A stretch of 64,000 nt of DNA, taken from contig NC_043014.1 of NCBI RefSeq assembly GCF_006345805.1, positions 15,996,001 to 16,060,000 of the forward strand, given 5' to 3'. Shown here piece by piece: positions 25,000 to 37,783 of the stretch. The translations under genes and the position numbers were made by a program. The stretch comes from Octopus sinensis (lineage: Eukaryota). The notes beneath the pieces are model-generated. The model saw nothing but the letters and a program-made list of their open reading frames with translations. It ran no database searches and was not told the DNA's origin. Each line of letters starts with the position of its first letter. Position 1 is the stretch's first letter.

Positions 25000-25395
25000 T
25001 TACTCTTTTAGTTGTTTCAGTCTTTTGACTGCGGCCATGCTGGAGCACTGCCTTTAGTCGAGCAGTTTGACCCCAGGACTTATTCTTTGTAAGCCTAGTA
25101 CTTATTCTATCAGTCTCTTTGCTGACCCGCTAAGTTACGGGGACGTAAACATACCAGCATTGGTTGTCAAGCGATGTTGGGGGGACAAACACAGACACAC
25201 AAACACACACACATACATATACATATATATGACAGGCTTCTTTCAGTTTTCGTCTACCAAATCCACTCACAAGGCTTTGGTCAGCCCGAGACTATAGTAG
25301 AAGACACTTGCCCAAAGTGCTACGCAGTGGGATTGAACCGGAACCATGTGGTTGGTAAGCAAGCTACTTACCACACAGCCACTCCTGTGCCTATA
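25000..25395 (-). mobile_element. SINE, near full length (same family as 23162)
   Basis: Reverse complement of the SINE from CTCTTTTACTCTTT tail to CTTACCACACAGCC head. Confidence 0.88.
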
Positions 25396-25616
25396 TACAT
25401 ACATACATACATACACACGCACGCATATATATATATATAGGTGCAGGTATGGTTGTAATTTAAGAAGTTTGCTTCCCAACCGCATGGTCTGAGGTTTAAT
25501 CCCACTGTGTGATACCCTAAATAAATATCTTCTATTATAGCGCTGGACTGACCAAAATATGTTAATAGATTTGGTACTCAGAAACTGAATGAAGCCCTTT
25601 CGTATATATATATTAT

Positions 25617-26230
25617 AATATCTAGCAGTATCGCCCGGCGTTGCTCGGGTTTGTAAGGGAAATAACTATATAAGCATTTTTAGAGAGTTATAGCCAAAAA
25701 ATAGCAAAAAATGCATTAAAATGGAAAAAAATATGATGGTAATTTTTTTTTAAATCGTTTGACTCTCGTAGACATTTTTAGAGAGTTACTTCCCTTATAT
25801 AATAGCGAAAAAAAGCATTAAAATGGAAAAAAAACGATGGTAATTTTTTTTAAATCGTAGACTCATGTAGACGCTTTCTTAGCCATTTCTGTTTTGGTGT
25901 CTTCAAGCCATGAAGTCGTTGTTCTAAAAGAACACTGGTCTCCTTGACAACGCATTACGACGTTGATTTCCTTACACCCCTTCCCCACAGGTGCAGGTGT
26001 GAGCGTGGACGCCAACTCCGCCGCCATCACACACGAAAATTATGCATTAAAATGGAATAAAAAATGATGTTAAATTATTTTAAAATCGTAGACTCATCGT
26101 AGACGCGCGCTAATATTCAGACGGGCTCGATATGAATCACGACTATAAGCTACCCGATTTGGTTAAACTGTACCGCAAAATGTGGGAGTAGTTAGGAATC
26201 TAATCGAAGGGGACAGACACTCACCAACTA
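25617..26230 (+). mobile_element. Non-autonomous Helitron/Helentron-like element
   Basis: TCTAGCAGTATCGCCCGGCGTTGCTCGGG terminal hairpin, internal direct repeats GCATTAAAATGGAA..GTAGACTC, other end running into TATATATAG; family assignment by resemblance only. Confidence 0.5.
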
Positions 26231-26439
26231 CAGTTTTATATATATAGATATCATAGCGCAGTCATGGTGAGATATGACAGCAAAGAAAAGCATACATCAC
26301 TCTCTGCATGCAATTAGACTCGGAAAGTTCGTGAGGAACCCATTGACCCAATTTGCTGACTTTTCCGATAGCACACAGGTGTCAATGAATGGTTGAATGA
26401 CCAAATCCAAGCTTCTCTGCTAGTTCTCAACAGTTACGA

Positions 26440-26620
26440 TGATATTTTGTTCACCAGGTTTTCAGGATGTCCTTGTCGAGTTCTACAGATCTTTCAGGAT
26501 GAGGCTCGTCTTCTAGGCTGTAGTTGATGGCTCGGGATTTCTGGAACCACCATTGACACTGCCTTACGCTTATTGTCCAATCCCCATATACTGCATTAAT
26601 ATTTCTTGTACTTTGCACAC
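26440..26620 (-). mobile_element. Mariner transposase N-terminal (HTH) remnant
   Basis: YGDWTISVRQCQWWFQKSRAINYSLEDEPHPERSVELD matches the Mos1-type WF.KF..G..SLED.P.SGRP motif. Confidence 0.8.
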
Positions 26621-27394
26621 ATTTATATTCTGTTATTGTTTTATATGTTTCAGCCTTGAGGTTGTGGCCATGCTGGATCATGTGTGTGTGTGTTTGTTGT
26701 GGTGTGTGTTGTCTATCTGTCTGTCTGTCTGTATGTATATGTATATGTATGTGTGTGAACAATAATATTTTCAACATATGTGTTGCAAATGTATCTGATT
26801 GTTCTCAAGCTTCAATACTGTGTGTGTGTGTGTATGTGTGTGTGTGTATGTGTGTATGTATAGTTGTATGTATGTATATGTATGTATGTATGTATGTGTG
26901 TATGTATGTGTGTGTATGTATGTATGTGTGTATGTGTGTGTGTTGTTGTATGTATGTATTATGTATGTATGTATGTATGTATGATGTTTACTTTATTAAC
27001 TAATTACTCTCTTCCAAGAACATTTTCACTCACTCTTAGCTCTTAGCTTCCCATACTTTTCTCATGTATCTATCAGCGTCATAGACAGAATACTTTCACT
27101 TTAGTCTTCCTCAAATCACTCTGTCGCTATTTACTTTCATTTTATTCGTTGCCCACTGTGTGTGTGCGTTTGCGTGTGGTGTAAACCAGACTAAGAAAAG
27201 CATTTCACACAACACCAGAATGTGAGTTTTCTGTAAATTTTGCTTAATTGGAGTTTAAATTTTAAAAACTGGACCTGGCATGACGCGATGCATTGACTCT
27301 TAAAAATCTAGGTAATTGTAATTGAAGAAATCCTATATTGTAGATTGTATATAACTCCCAAAGGGAGGCAGATAAAATCTGCCTTTATAATAAG

Positions 27395-27800
27395 AGATAT
27401 AATATATAATAATAGTAGGGAATATAATTCCAAAACTTACATGGAAAAATTCATTTTAACAATTTTAAATCAAATTTCACAATGTATAATATATGTATAT
27501 AATTTAGAGAAAAACCACTATTAAACAATTCAAAAAAGATGTTATTCACACCATATAGAAAACATATACTATAAAAAAAACTTATTTTAAATCAATAAAG
27601 TACAATAAATAGTAAGTGGTGGTAAAAAAACTACACACGTTTCATGGCCATATTTTCAAATAGATAATAATAAAATCAATTCAATTCAAAATTGAATCGA
27701 ACTAAAATTTATTCTATTTAAAAATATAGTCATTCATCAGGTCTAAGATAATAAATAATTTAAGGTAAATGGAAAAATTCCAAAGAAGGGAAAATATCAC
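27395..27800 (-). mobile_element. AT-rich repeat carrying a hammerhead fold, probably a Penelope-like terminal segment
   Basis: Hammerhead core at 27628-27744 on minus strand followed by a T-rich 3' region; PLE link is inference. Confidence 0.45.
27628..27744 (-). ncRNA. Type-I hammerhead ribozyme motif with long stem II
   Basis: AGAC-CTGATGA-ATGACTATATTTT..AAAATATGGCCAT-GAAAC-GTGT-GTA^GTTT; stem II pairs 12 of 13. Confidence 0.6.
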
Positions 27801-28385
27801 CAACAGCATGTGTGTAGTTATGTGTGTATGTATACACACATATGCACAGACACACACACTTTATATATAAGTTAACAAGGCTAATCCACATCATTCATCC
27901 ACCAATGCAGTGTCAAGCACTCATTCTCACTCTTTCATATCATCATCATCATCATTGATGAGAAAATGTGAATATTTACAAATATGCCAATATGTATATA
28001 ATGAGAGGAGAAAAAGAAGAGAGAAAGAGATGCTTTGAAAAACAATAACTGGAACAAGAATAACATCTTGAATTGTGATTAAATTTCAATGGGTTGATCA
28101 CCTCCTTATAATATAATTGAAAAGAAACCTCTCTCTCTCTTTCTTTCCCTCCCCCTCTCTCTATCTTCTCCTCCTCTTAGCTTTTCTTTCTCTTTCTCAC
28201 TTGTCCTGATCTCTATATTCCTCTCTTTCTCCCTCTCTCCAAAAAACAAAATTTCTCTTGGTTTCATATAAAAGACAAAGAAACTTCCTGTTTTATCTTG
28301 GTTTTATCTCAAAGAGTTCAGTCAAACAAACAAAAGCACTAATAATTATCCAAAATTCCAACCTCCCTTTTTCTTAATATATATA

Positions 28386-29091
28386 TGAGGGACATTCAAA
28401 AATTATATGCACCCCTGTTTTCTCAATGTATTTAAACAAAAGCAGGGGATAAACAAGTATGTCGTTTTCCTATATGGTCTCCTTCCTTTTTGATGCACTT
28501 GGTCCAGAAGTCCACAAGTTTGTGTATTCCCTCCAAGAAGGTTTCCGATTGTTTGTGCCACCATTTATGCACCACTTCTGTCATATCTTCATCTGTAGGA
28601 AATTCACAACCTTGTAAACCATCTTTGAGCAGTCTAAAGATATGATAGCCAGGAACAGTGAGATCTCTAGGCAGGGTGTTCCAGCACCTCCAAACCCAAT
28701 TGATTAATGGTTTTAACAGTCTGGGTAGCTGTATGTGGGTGTGTATTGTCATGCAACAACAAAACTTTCTTCCACAATAGGTGTTGGTGTTTGGTGCGAA
28801 TTGCTGGCTTCAGCTCCTTAGCCAGCAAAGCACTGTATCTTGCACTGTTGATCATACACCCCTTTTCCAGAGAAATTGGATCACTGCTCTTTGTTTTTCT
28901 TTGGTGTGCATTGCTAGTGGAGCAGCCATACTTACACTATAAAGCCAGAAAGAAAAATAGTGCAATCAGGCTCAAACTTCAATCACGTGACTACAATAGT
29001 ACCAACTATAAGCACACATGCGCAGAAGGCAATGTGACAATAATAAAGATATGTTATGGTGAAAGTGCAGATAATTTCTGACTTACCCTCA
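28386..29091 (-). mobile_element. Internally deleted mariner with TIRs, TA TSD and decayed DDE C-terminus
   Basis: TA|TGAGGG..CCCTCA|TA ends; LLLHDNTHPHTA..LEHP and DYHIFRLLKDGLQG..EGIHKLV..W.KCIKKEGD motifs. Confidence 0.9.
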
Positions 29092-29112
29092 TATATATAT
29101 ATATATATATAT

Positions 29113-29152
<40 letters not shown>

Positions 29153-29166
29153 AGAATGGTGTACAA

Positions 29167-29455
29167 ATATATATTGAGAAAAAGAAGGCAGTCAGAATTT
29201 TGGATAATCCTTTATTGGTGTTTTCATTTGTTTTGAAACTCGTCAAGACAAAATCAAAATTAAAATGGTAAAAACGGAATGTTTCATTGTTCATTTATAT
29301 GAATTGGATGCTTTTTGTTTAGTTTAGAAGAGGAGAATATTGTTTTTGTTGTTATGGGAAAAAGGGGAGGGAGAGAAAGAAAAGCAAAGAGGTGGGGGAA
29401 TAGACAGAAAGAGAGGTTTCGGGACAATCAAGAAAGAGGAGAAAAAATAATTAAG

Positions 29456-29495
<40 letters not shown>

Positions 29496-30434
29496 AAGAG
29501 CAATTTCTTTTCAATTTGATGGGGGTCAATTCATTGAAATTTCATTACAAAGCATTTTTCTTATTTTCCTTTCTTTTTTCTTTCCATTGTATACCTATCA
29601 ACATATTTGTAAATAAACACATTTTCTCAAAAGGGCTAGTGACTTTTCCAAGATGACAATTTTAGGAAGTAGGATAGGAAAAATAAGAAAATGGAGAAGG
29701 TGCAGTCATTACTGAAAAATAAAAGAGAGTTCAAAGTTCAAAGCCCTATGAAAATGTATATTCCTTTACACTTGTATAGTCAAGTCCCATATTCTGTGTA
29801 ATTCCATGTTTTGCATGGACAAACATTAAATATTAGTACAATATTCATAAATTAGGGAAATAAAGTCAGAATATAAAAAAAGGACTTTGAACTTTGAACT
29901 CTTTTTTATTTGTCAGCGATGACTGCACCCACCCCACTTTTCTTATTTTTCCATCTTACTTCCTAAAATTGACATTTTTGAAAGGCAACCAGCTCTTGTG
30001 AGAAAATGTGTTTATTTACAAATATGTTGATAAGTATACAATGGGAGGAAAAAAAAAGAAAGAAAGAAAAACACTTTGCAATGAAATTTCAATGAATTGA
30101 CCACTTAAAATTGAAAAGAAATCTCTCTCTATCTATCTATCCTTTCCCCATCCTTTATCATTTTTTCTCCTCTTTCTTGATTGTCTCGAAACCTTTCTTT
30201 CTGTCTATTCCTCCCCCTTTGCTTTTCTTTCTCTCTCTCTCTCCTTTTTTCCAAAAAAAACAAAAACAATATTTTCCTCTTCTAAACAAAGCATAAAAGC
30301 GTCTGATTCATATAAATGAACAACAAAATGTTCTGTTTTTACCGTTTTGATTTTAATTTTGTCTTGACAAGTTCAAAAAACGAATGAAAGTGCTAATAAA
30401 GGATTATCCAAAATTCTGACTGCCTTCTTTTTCT

Positions 30435-30441
<7 letters not shown>
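29167..30441. mobile_element. Foldback element: ~580-bp inverted arms, ~135-bp spacer
   Basis: 29167-29746 is the imperfect reverse complement of 29882-30441; a more diverged arm copy lies at ~28075-28385. Confidence 0.88.
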
Positions 30442-30483
<42 letters not shown>

Positions 30484-32141
30484 ATTTAATTCTCTCTCTG
30501 TTTATTTCCTTAAGTTCCTTTTTGTTGGAGAGCGTAGACTCCAAACATAAAAGACTTTCTTACTTTCCTGAGTGTTAAACTAATACACCTGTTTGTTGTT
30601 TATACACCTGCCTCTGTATTTTGTTTTTCTGTAAATTTCAACTATATATATATATAGTTGAAATTTACAGAAAAACAACTATATATATATATAAGTCAAT
30701 GGCAAAGGGTGACTAGAAAACCAGGGCATGCAGTCCACTCCACACCCCACTGCAGTTGGGGGTGGTTCCAATTGTTCCACCCTTCCCCATTCACCGTGAA
30801 AAGTGTAGTATTATATATGCTTTGAGATATGGTGAGTCTGAAAATGAAAATAGTTTCCCCCCTATGATGCACCATTTTGAAGTAGTTAGTAAGACATGAG
30901 AAACGTACATATAACTTTGGAAATCACCTTCCAACGCTTTCATTTAGTAGGGGCTATTCAAGCCATCAACTTTGAGGAAAAAGTCGAACTTCTTTTTAAA
31001 GTTTGGAAGAAAATTTGACATTCACAAACTCTTGAAGCTGATTGAAAGAGTACCAAGTTAAGTGAATATGTGTAACTATATACAACTTCTATCAGTGATG
31101 CGGCTTTTCTGTCTTTACTGACATCAACTCATCCCCTAAACCTTTCTTGAAGCCTTTCCATCTCATCAACAAATCGCAAAACATGTGATAGTTAAGATTT
31201 CATTCGAAGTTCTGTATTCTCACCAAACATAACAACAACAAATGCTATTTATTTCGACCATTGTCTTAATTATACCTTCACTTGTAACAGCTATACAATT
31301 AAACGATTTCGTTTTGAATATCACTTGAAAGTGACATTCATCTTCAATATCACTTCAAAGCTGAGAAAATGTGTTCTTATACTGACAAACAGATATGGGA
31401 AACAGAAAAATTTGTTCAGAATGGGTCATCTCGTCATTTGCTCAGACTATTCATAATACTTTCAATCAAAATAATGATGACATTCCTTGCTGCCCACTTC
31501 AGTTTTGACTTTCAGCTTAAGCTCTGGTTTCTCTTTTTCGAGAATGATATTCTTCTTATCTGTTTCAAAGTTGGGGAAAGTAGAGAGAAAACTGAACTAA
31601 CTGACCCTTTTGCCATCCTGGGGAGTCATTGAAGGCATGAGAAATTCTACTATGAATCAAAGATTTATGCTAATAGATAATTTAGTTTACTTTTTTTTAC
31701 ATAACCTTTCTTAGATAACTTTAAATATTTAAAACTTAATTTCAAAGCATTGTTATGAACAAATGGATAAAAACTTTATTTTTTAATCAAACACACACAA
31801 ATTGCTGGTTTCTTCTTTTCGTTGTATGTGTGTAATAGTAAAAAAACTCTGGGATCACATGACTAAATTCAGGTCTTAAGAAGGGATCAAAAATACTCTC
31901 TCCATTGGTGACATCTTTTTAGAAAGCAAGCGTGGGTGTGTGGTAAGAAGTTTGCTTCCCAACCACATGGTTCCAGGTCCAGTCTTTCACTAGTGTCTTC
32001 TACTATGTGTGTGTGTGTGTGTGCTTGTTCTTCACCAACCTTAACAACTACCGTTGGTATATTTATGTTCCCGTAACTTAGCAGTTCGGCACAAGAGACC
32101 AAAAGAATAAACACTAGGATTTTAAAAATGTACTGGGGTAG

Positions 32142-32566
32142 GGAACCTTTTCGATTTGAACGGCAGTTTTTTCTAGTGGTGTCATATGAAATTGTCATCC
32201 ATAATTATGACCCTAGTATCGATCTATTGACTTTCAATCTGTTTTAGGGTTAGGGTTAGAGTTAGGGGTGGGGAGAAGGATATCTTTTTTTCTTCAGAAA
32301 TGTAAATAAACCCAATCTGTTTCTTAAACGAGGGAGATATTCATACGGCACAGAATATTTTCACCTCAATATACGCCATTGATTGGTTGAAATTGCAGAA
32401 ATCGAAGTAAAAAAAACAACAAATGTCTTACAAACTATAGAATTTTCTCAATAAAGCCAAGAGAAAAAGATGTTTTATAAACACATTCTACCAGTATACG
32501 AAGTTTAAAAGTGTTTAGTTACGTGGAAATTATTAAAAAAAATTGCCGTTCAAACCGAAAAGATCC
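32142..32566. mobile_element. MITE with ~30-bp TIRs
   Basis: GGAACCTTTTCGATTTGAACGGCAGTTTTT / AAAAATTGCCGTTCAAACCGAAAAGATCC. Confidence 0.8.
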
Positions 32567-33305
32567 GTTCATTACACTAAAAATTATTAAAGGTGGTGCC
32601 CCAGCATGGCCACAATCTTCTGATTGAAACAAGTAGAAGATAAAGATAAAATGTGTACTCTTTGGTACCAAATAATCGTACGAAATATATCAGAAAGCAA
32701 TAAAGCAAACTTGTAAATTGACTAAATATGCATTTCTCGTCTATATCTGTCTTGACTATGGAGGAATGCCACAGGAAAGTCACTCACTTCAAGAGTAAAA
32801 AAAAGTCGACAATGTGTCTGCTGGCTTGATGCAGCAGAAAGGTAAGCAGTAAAAATCTGCTTTCTCTGTCTTCTTTTTTTGTCACTGCTCTTTCTATGAC
32901 TGAAAGCAAGCAGTAAAAAATTTGTTTTCTGTTGTTGACAACACAGCTAGCTGAAAGGCAGGCAGTAAAATATCAGCTTTCTCTGTCTTAGTCACTCACT
33001 CATTTTGTTTTGTTTCTCTTTTTTACGCTCTCTTCTCGAAAATAAGAGATTACAAACAAAATAACATCATTGCTCTTACTATGACTGAAAGCAACCAGTA
33101 AAACACATTTGTTTTCCTTCGCCTTTCTTCCTCTTGACCACTTTATATTAAAAAATGAAGGAATGCGATATGAAAGTAAATATGACTACAATGAATCTAG
33201 TGAAAAATATCAATAATCAAATATATTACACAAACGTTATCGTGGAAAAATAGTAAGGCATGCAGTGCATGCGTTGCATACATTGACGCTTCGTCCTTCA
33301 CACAC

Positions 33306-33338
<33 letters not shown>

Positions 33339-33359
33339 CACAGACACTTGGAAATGAAT

Positions 33360-33556
33360 GCGTGGTGTTCGGCTGCTCTGCATTGATAACAGGCAAATAC
33401 CCTGAAACGAGTCGGCAGATGCCTGATCAGCAAGGGGAAGCGGCTGACCTCCCCTGTTTGAATGGACACAGGTTCATGTGTCACATAGCTAGCTAGAGGC
33501 GATGGCCTCTTGGAGCTAATCAACGGCAGCATTCGTCTTATATTTCTGGACTGCCA
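33360..33556 (+). mobile_element. ~200-bp dispersed repeat with variant hammerhead (copy 1, partly degraded)
   Basis: Homologous to 46078-46280 in opposite orientation; TCTGCA-TTGATAA-C-AGG-CAAATAC-CCT-GAAAC-GA-GTC-GGCAGA at 33377-33419. Confidence 0.7.
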
Positions 33557-34254
33557 TATTAACTTGGTGATAACTATTAATATATATATATATGCATATA
33601 TGGGTACATATATATATATATATGCATATATGGGTACAGGGTACAGGAGTAAACAACATGAAATACGAGAGACATAGAAAATGGTGAAAGGGTTTATCTG
33701 TCTCTCTGTCCCCCTCTTTCTCTTTCTCTCTCTCGTTGCTCACACATGACCATTGTCCATTTTTCTTTTCCTGCACGGACCTTCTAAGGATTGGACGTCT
33801 CCTATCTTTTCTCTTTTAAAAGAAAATATTTCTCTCCACATTCACAATTTTCTCCTTGTTCTGGTCTAATGACCCTCCATGTTTGTTTTTGTTCGGTTTC
33901 CTTGTATGTCTCCACCGTCCTGTTTTTGTTCCTAAGTTGACATGCCATAAATTCAAAATTTTATTTTTGGTATTTATGGAAGCGACTGTCTTCGAAGATT
34001 CATATTGTCATTGATTGCTCGAAATGGGGAGTAGATAGACAGCTGACAACTGATAAGGGGTTGTTCTTTGTAATACTTGTCCTGTTTTCCAATTTTTTCT
34101 CTCATTGTTTGCATATTTAACTCATTTGTTTTTGCATTTCATGTTGTTTACTGTTGGTGACATCCTGTAACCATATATGCATATATATATACACACACAT
34201 ACACATATATATTATTTATATTATATATGTATATATATATACGTATATCTTTAT

Positions 34255-34530
34255 ATATATAAAACTGAGAATGTGTGTGTGTGTGTCTGTCTGTGTGTTT
34301 CCCTAAAACCTGAGAATTACACAACCAATTTCATTCAAATTTTACACATGCCTTACTTAGGGTCCATGTAGTTTCATGGGCAAAATAAATGTTCGACTTC
34401 TTGCCTACAGCGAGCCCATAGCAATATCATATCTTCTCCACTATTTCAGTATTACGTGTTAAAAGTGAAACAAAAACATTTCTCTAGTTTATGTCAGATA
34501 CTTTCACTTTAACAATAAAAATAATAATAA
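34255..34530. mobile_element. Microsatellite-containing Helitron/DINE-like non-autonomous repeat fragment
   Basis: TATATAAAACTGAGAATGTGTGTG..ACCAATTTCATTCAAATTTTACAC layout; assignment by resemblance only. Confidence 0.35.
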
Positions 34531-35657
34531 CAATTGAATTATATGTAGTAAGTAATAATTAAAATCAAACTAAAGTATAATATTATCGTAACATAACAAA
34601 AGTAAAAATATAGCAATTGGTATAAAATTGCATCAATGACTTGAACTTGAATCAGAGGTTTCACATGAATGGGAATAAATAAAAAATAAAATTTAAGTGC
34701 AGAAATGGAATAGTCCAGATGGAGGTGTGCACGGCTTTTACATTAGATTATTTGCTAATTAGCTAGCATTAAGCATTCTACTGAGTACCGCTGTTAGTTT
34801 ATTTCTGATCCATAAAGGCCTATAGCTTCAACAGAGTACTGCTTTTTGGTTTACCATAAGGTTTGTTGTTATTATTATTTCTGTTTAACTATTGTTATCA
34901 CGTTTGTTGGTTCCTTGTAAGGGAAGCGTTGTTGTGTTGCATTTGTTAAATAATTGTAAACCGTAACCTTCCCCCTTTACACGGAATTTGAATTTAAAAT
35001 TATCATTATCTTCCTCATGGTTGGTCAATTGAGAGCCACCCGACCTCCACCACACCGCACAAGCAAAACATACACATCCACATCTAACCCTAAACCCACA
35101 CATCCACACAGAAACTCACACGCACATGCACACACACATGAATACACCCCAACACATCCCTACACATTCAATAAATTGCAGAGTGCATCTCTGTCATCGC
35201 ATGGCTTATAGACAAATCAGTACAGGCAGCAGTGTCTAACACTAACACACACACTCACACGCACATCCGCATATACGCATAAATATTAATACACTTTCCT
35301 ATACTGTGTCAGGGAACTTTCGCACACACATATATATATATTTAAATATATATCTGCGCACTCATATGTACAAATAAAACCTATATTTATATCCACCCAT
35401 GAATGAATATTCGCATATACATATATACATATCCAAGTACGCACCTGCGTGCTCATATGTGTAATAAAAACATACATCCATACATCCACCCACGATCATA
35501 CCTATATGTACAAAAACATACATACATACACATACACATTTTCACACAGCTACAGAGGTTACTATTAATTTAGAATAAGTTTATTAATTATAAATTAAAT
35601 TAATTATAGATTAGTAAGTGCCAAATAAACAAAAATAAATAATTAAATAAATAAATA

Positions 35658-35744
<87 letters not shown>

Positions 35745-35748
<4 letters not shown>

Positions 35749-36012
35749 GCACCTGTGTCGGTGGCACATAAAAACACCATCCGAGTGTGGGCATTCGCCA
35801 GCCTCGTCTGGCACCTGTGTCGGTGGCACATAAAATCACCCGCTACACTCTCGGAGTGGTTGGCATTAGGAAGGGCATCCAGCTGTAGAAACACTGCCAG
35901 ATCTGACTGGCCTGGTGCAGCCTTCGAGCTCCCCAGACCCCAGTTGAACCGTCCAACCCATGCTAGCATGGAAAACGGACGTTAAATGACGATGATGATG
36001 ATGATGACGATG
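35745..36012 (+). mobile_element. RTE 3'-UTR fragment with (GAT)n tail inserted at a long (TA)n tract
   Basis: Matches 24.24-24.50 kb and 41.6-41.83 kb. Confidence 0.88.
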
Positions 36013-36721
36013 TATAGATAAATAGATAAATAAAATGGAATACAAATTAAGGAGGGCACAAAGATAAACCTAATATAGTAAGTATAAGTGGATACGCTGG
36101 AATGCACCCACATGCACATACATGTGCATGCACGCCCCCGCACGGACACGCGAGTTCAAGGCTGGGTACACCCGCACACGTCCCTCTCGCACACATAATC
36201 ACCAAGATACACACAAGAACACGCGTACAAGTACACGCGAATGTCCACAAGCACAGCACGCGAGAGTGCACACATTAATGCACATGCACGGACGTGCCCG
36301 TGCCCGCGCACGCTGGCGCACAAACTCCAGTTCGGTGCCATCCGGGCCCACGCCTGTGCCGCAGAAACCCCCAACAAACCAACCGTAAAAAAAAAAAAGC
36401 CCACCTTATATGCTCATCGATATAAACAACTTATAGTAATTATAGACTCTTACATATTACATATTGGTATAGTAAAAACTCAAACTAGTGCCCTAAGATA
36501 TGATGCGCATATACATCTTACACCTATAAAAGACTCTGTGGGGTTCCGAATATCATGCATATATCAGAATAACTATATATTTTTGTATATTTTTCCAGTC
36601 GGGATAGAAACAATCAATGTAGAACACATACATGGAGACACAAAAGTTATAAATTATAAATTGTAAGGACCAATAGTACAGTCCTATATAGATGAATGCT
36701 AAAAGGTTACTGGTAGAAGAA

Positions 36722-37783
36722 TTAGATGTTATTTAAATCTAGAGAAAGTGTACGCCAATTTGTGAAGGCAAAAAAATTTCGCTCATTAATGCTGTTAATA
36801 ATGGGTTGGCCGACTTTGATGATGAAGAAAATTTCATTGATACATAAAGAGCATTTTTTATTTCTACTATTGTATACAGGTGCAGATGTTAGTATTTCCC
36901 AATCTAATTTAAAATCTATGTTCTTACTCTTGAGTTCCCAGATATACGTACTTAACCCCGTAGAGTTCATCCTATTTTTATTTTTAAAAGTATATCTATG
37001 ATAGTTTAGCCGTTGTTTTATACTAATTTTAGTCGCACCAATGTACACCCTGCTATTATATTGTGTATTTACAGTGCATTGGTAAACCACCTCTCTCCTC
37101 AGGCATTTATTACCAAACACACATTGATTCATGCTTCTGCAATTGCAGCCATTAACAGACTGAGGAGATTTAACCCTGGCAGAAATCTCCGTAGCCCTAT
37201 TTCTGTTGATATTATTGCACTTATTTTCACTACTACCCATGTTTATCTTTCTATCATTATAGAAGCAATCCAATTTCTTGTTGTTGAAGGAGGAGATGAT
37301 GGTGGCTAGATTATTCGTGTTACTATATCCTATTCTAATAGTTCTATTGTTAATTATTTGGCTAAATTTATTCTTACCCTTAGTAAATAGTCTACATATT
37401 ACTTTATGTATAGTTCTGACTATATCCGTTTTAATCTGCATTGCATATGGTATTATTAGTCATAGTGTATCGTCATCACTATGTGGATTACTCCTCAAGT
37501 TGTTATTCTTGGGAAAAACTCTATTATTCTTCCAACCCATATGCTTTCTACCCTTAGTATTGTCAATATAATGCCTAGAATTCCCCTTTAGATTGGTTTT
37601 ATTAGTGACTTTATTGTTATTCTTCTTATTATTATTGTTTAGATGAACTCCATTATTACCATAAATATTATCAATGTTACTATGCCTATTGTTAATATCC
37701 CTACTCCTAGTAGTTCCACCTGTGTTCGAAGGATTATTATTGGGTATATACCAAATTTTATTTTTGTAGCCTGCCTTCAGCAA
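36722..37783 (-). pseudogene. Penelope-like element ORF C-terminus with GIY-YIG endonuclease; RT core absent
   Basis: GYK..I.Y.P, Asn-rich linker, IKTDI..I..LF.K..KFSQIIN..TIRIGYS..NNL..IIS, CNC..C..C, VVY..RVYIGAT, R..H..TF, LSTYIWELK, CSLC..E; one stop between the two ORF-track segments. Confidence 0.85.

Noticed and set aside
30517-30565. Hammerhead-like remnant TTGGAGAGC-GTAG-ACTC-CAAAC
   Set aside because: Core and GAAA too mutated to call.
31369-31632. ORF MCSYTDKQIWETEKF.. as a Tc1-like HTH start
   Set aside because: Resemblance too weak; no TIRs or DDE motifs found nearby.
32243-32270. TTAGGG telomere-like repeats
   Set aside because: Only ~3-4 imperfect units inside a MITE; not an interstitial telomere or fusion site.
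33535-33556. GTCC..GGAC-GAA hairpin at the end of the 33.4/46.1-kb repeat as a second hammerhead
   Set aside because: No CUGANGA-like segment precedes it in either copy.
33985-34065. Hammerhead-like remnants CTGTC-TTCGAAGA..GAAAT..GTA-GATAGACAG and CTGATAAGGGG
   Set aside because: Several core mismatches and no stem II closure; at most decayed relatives.
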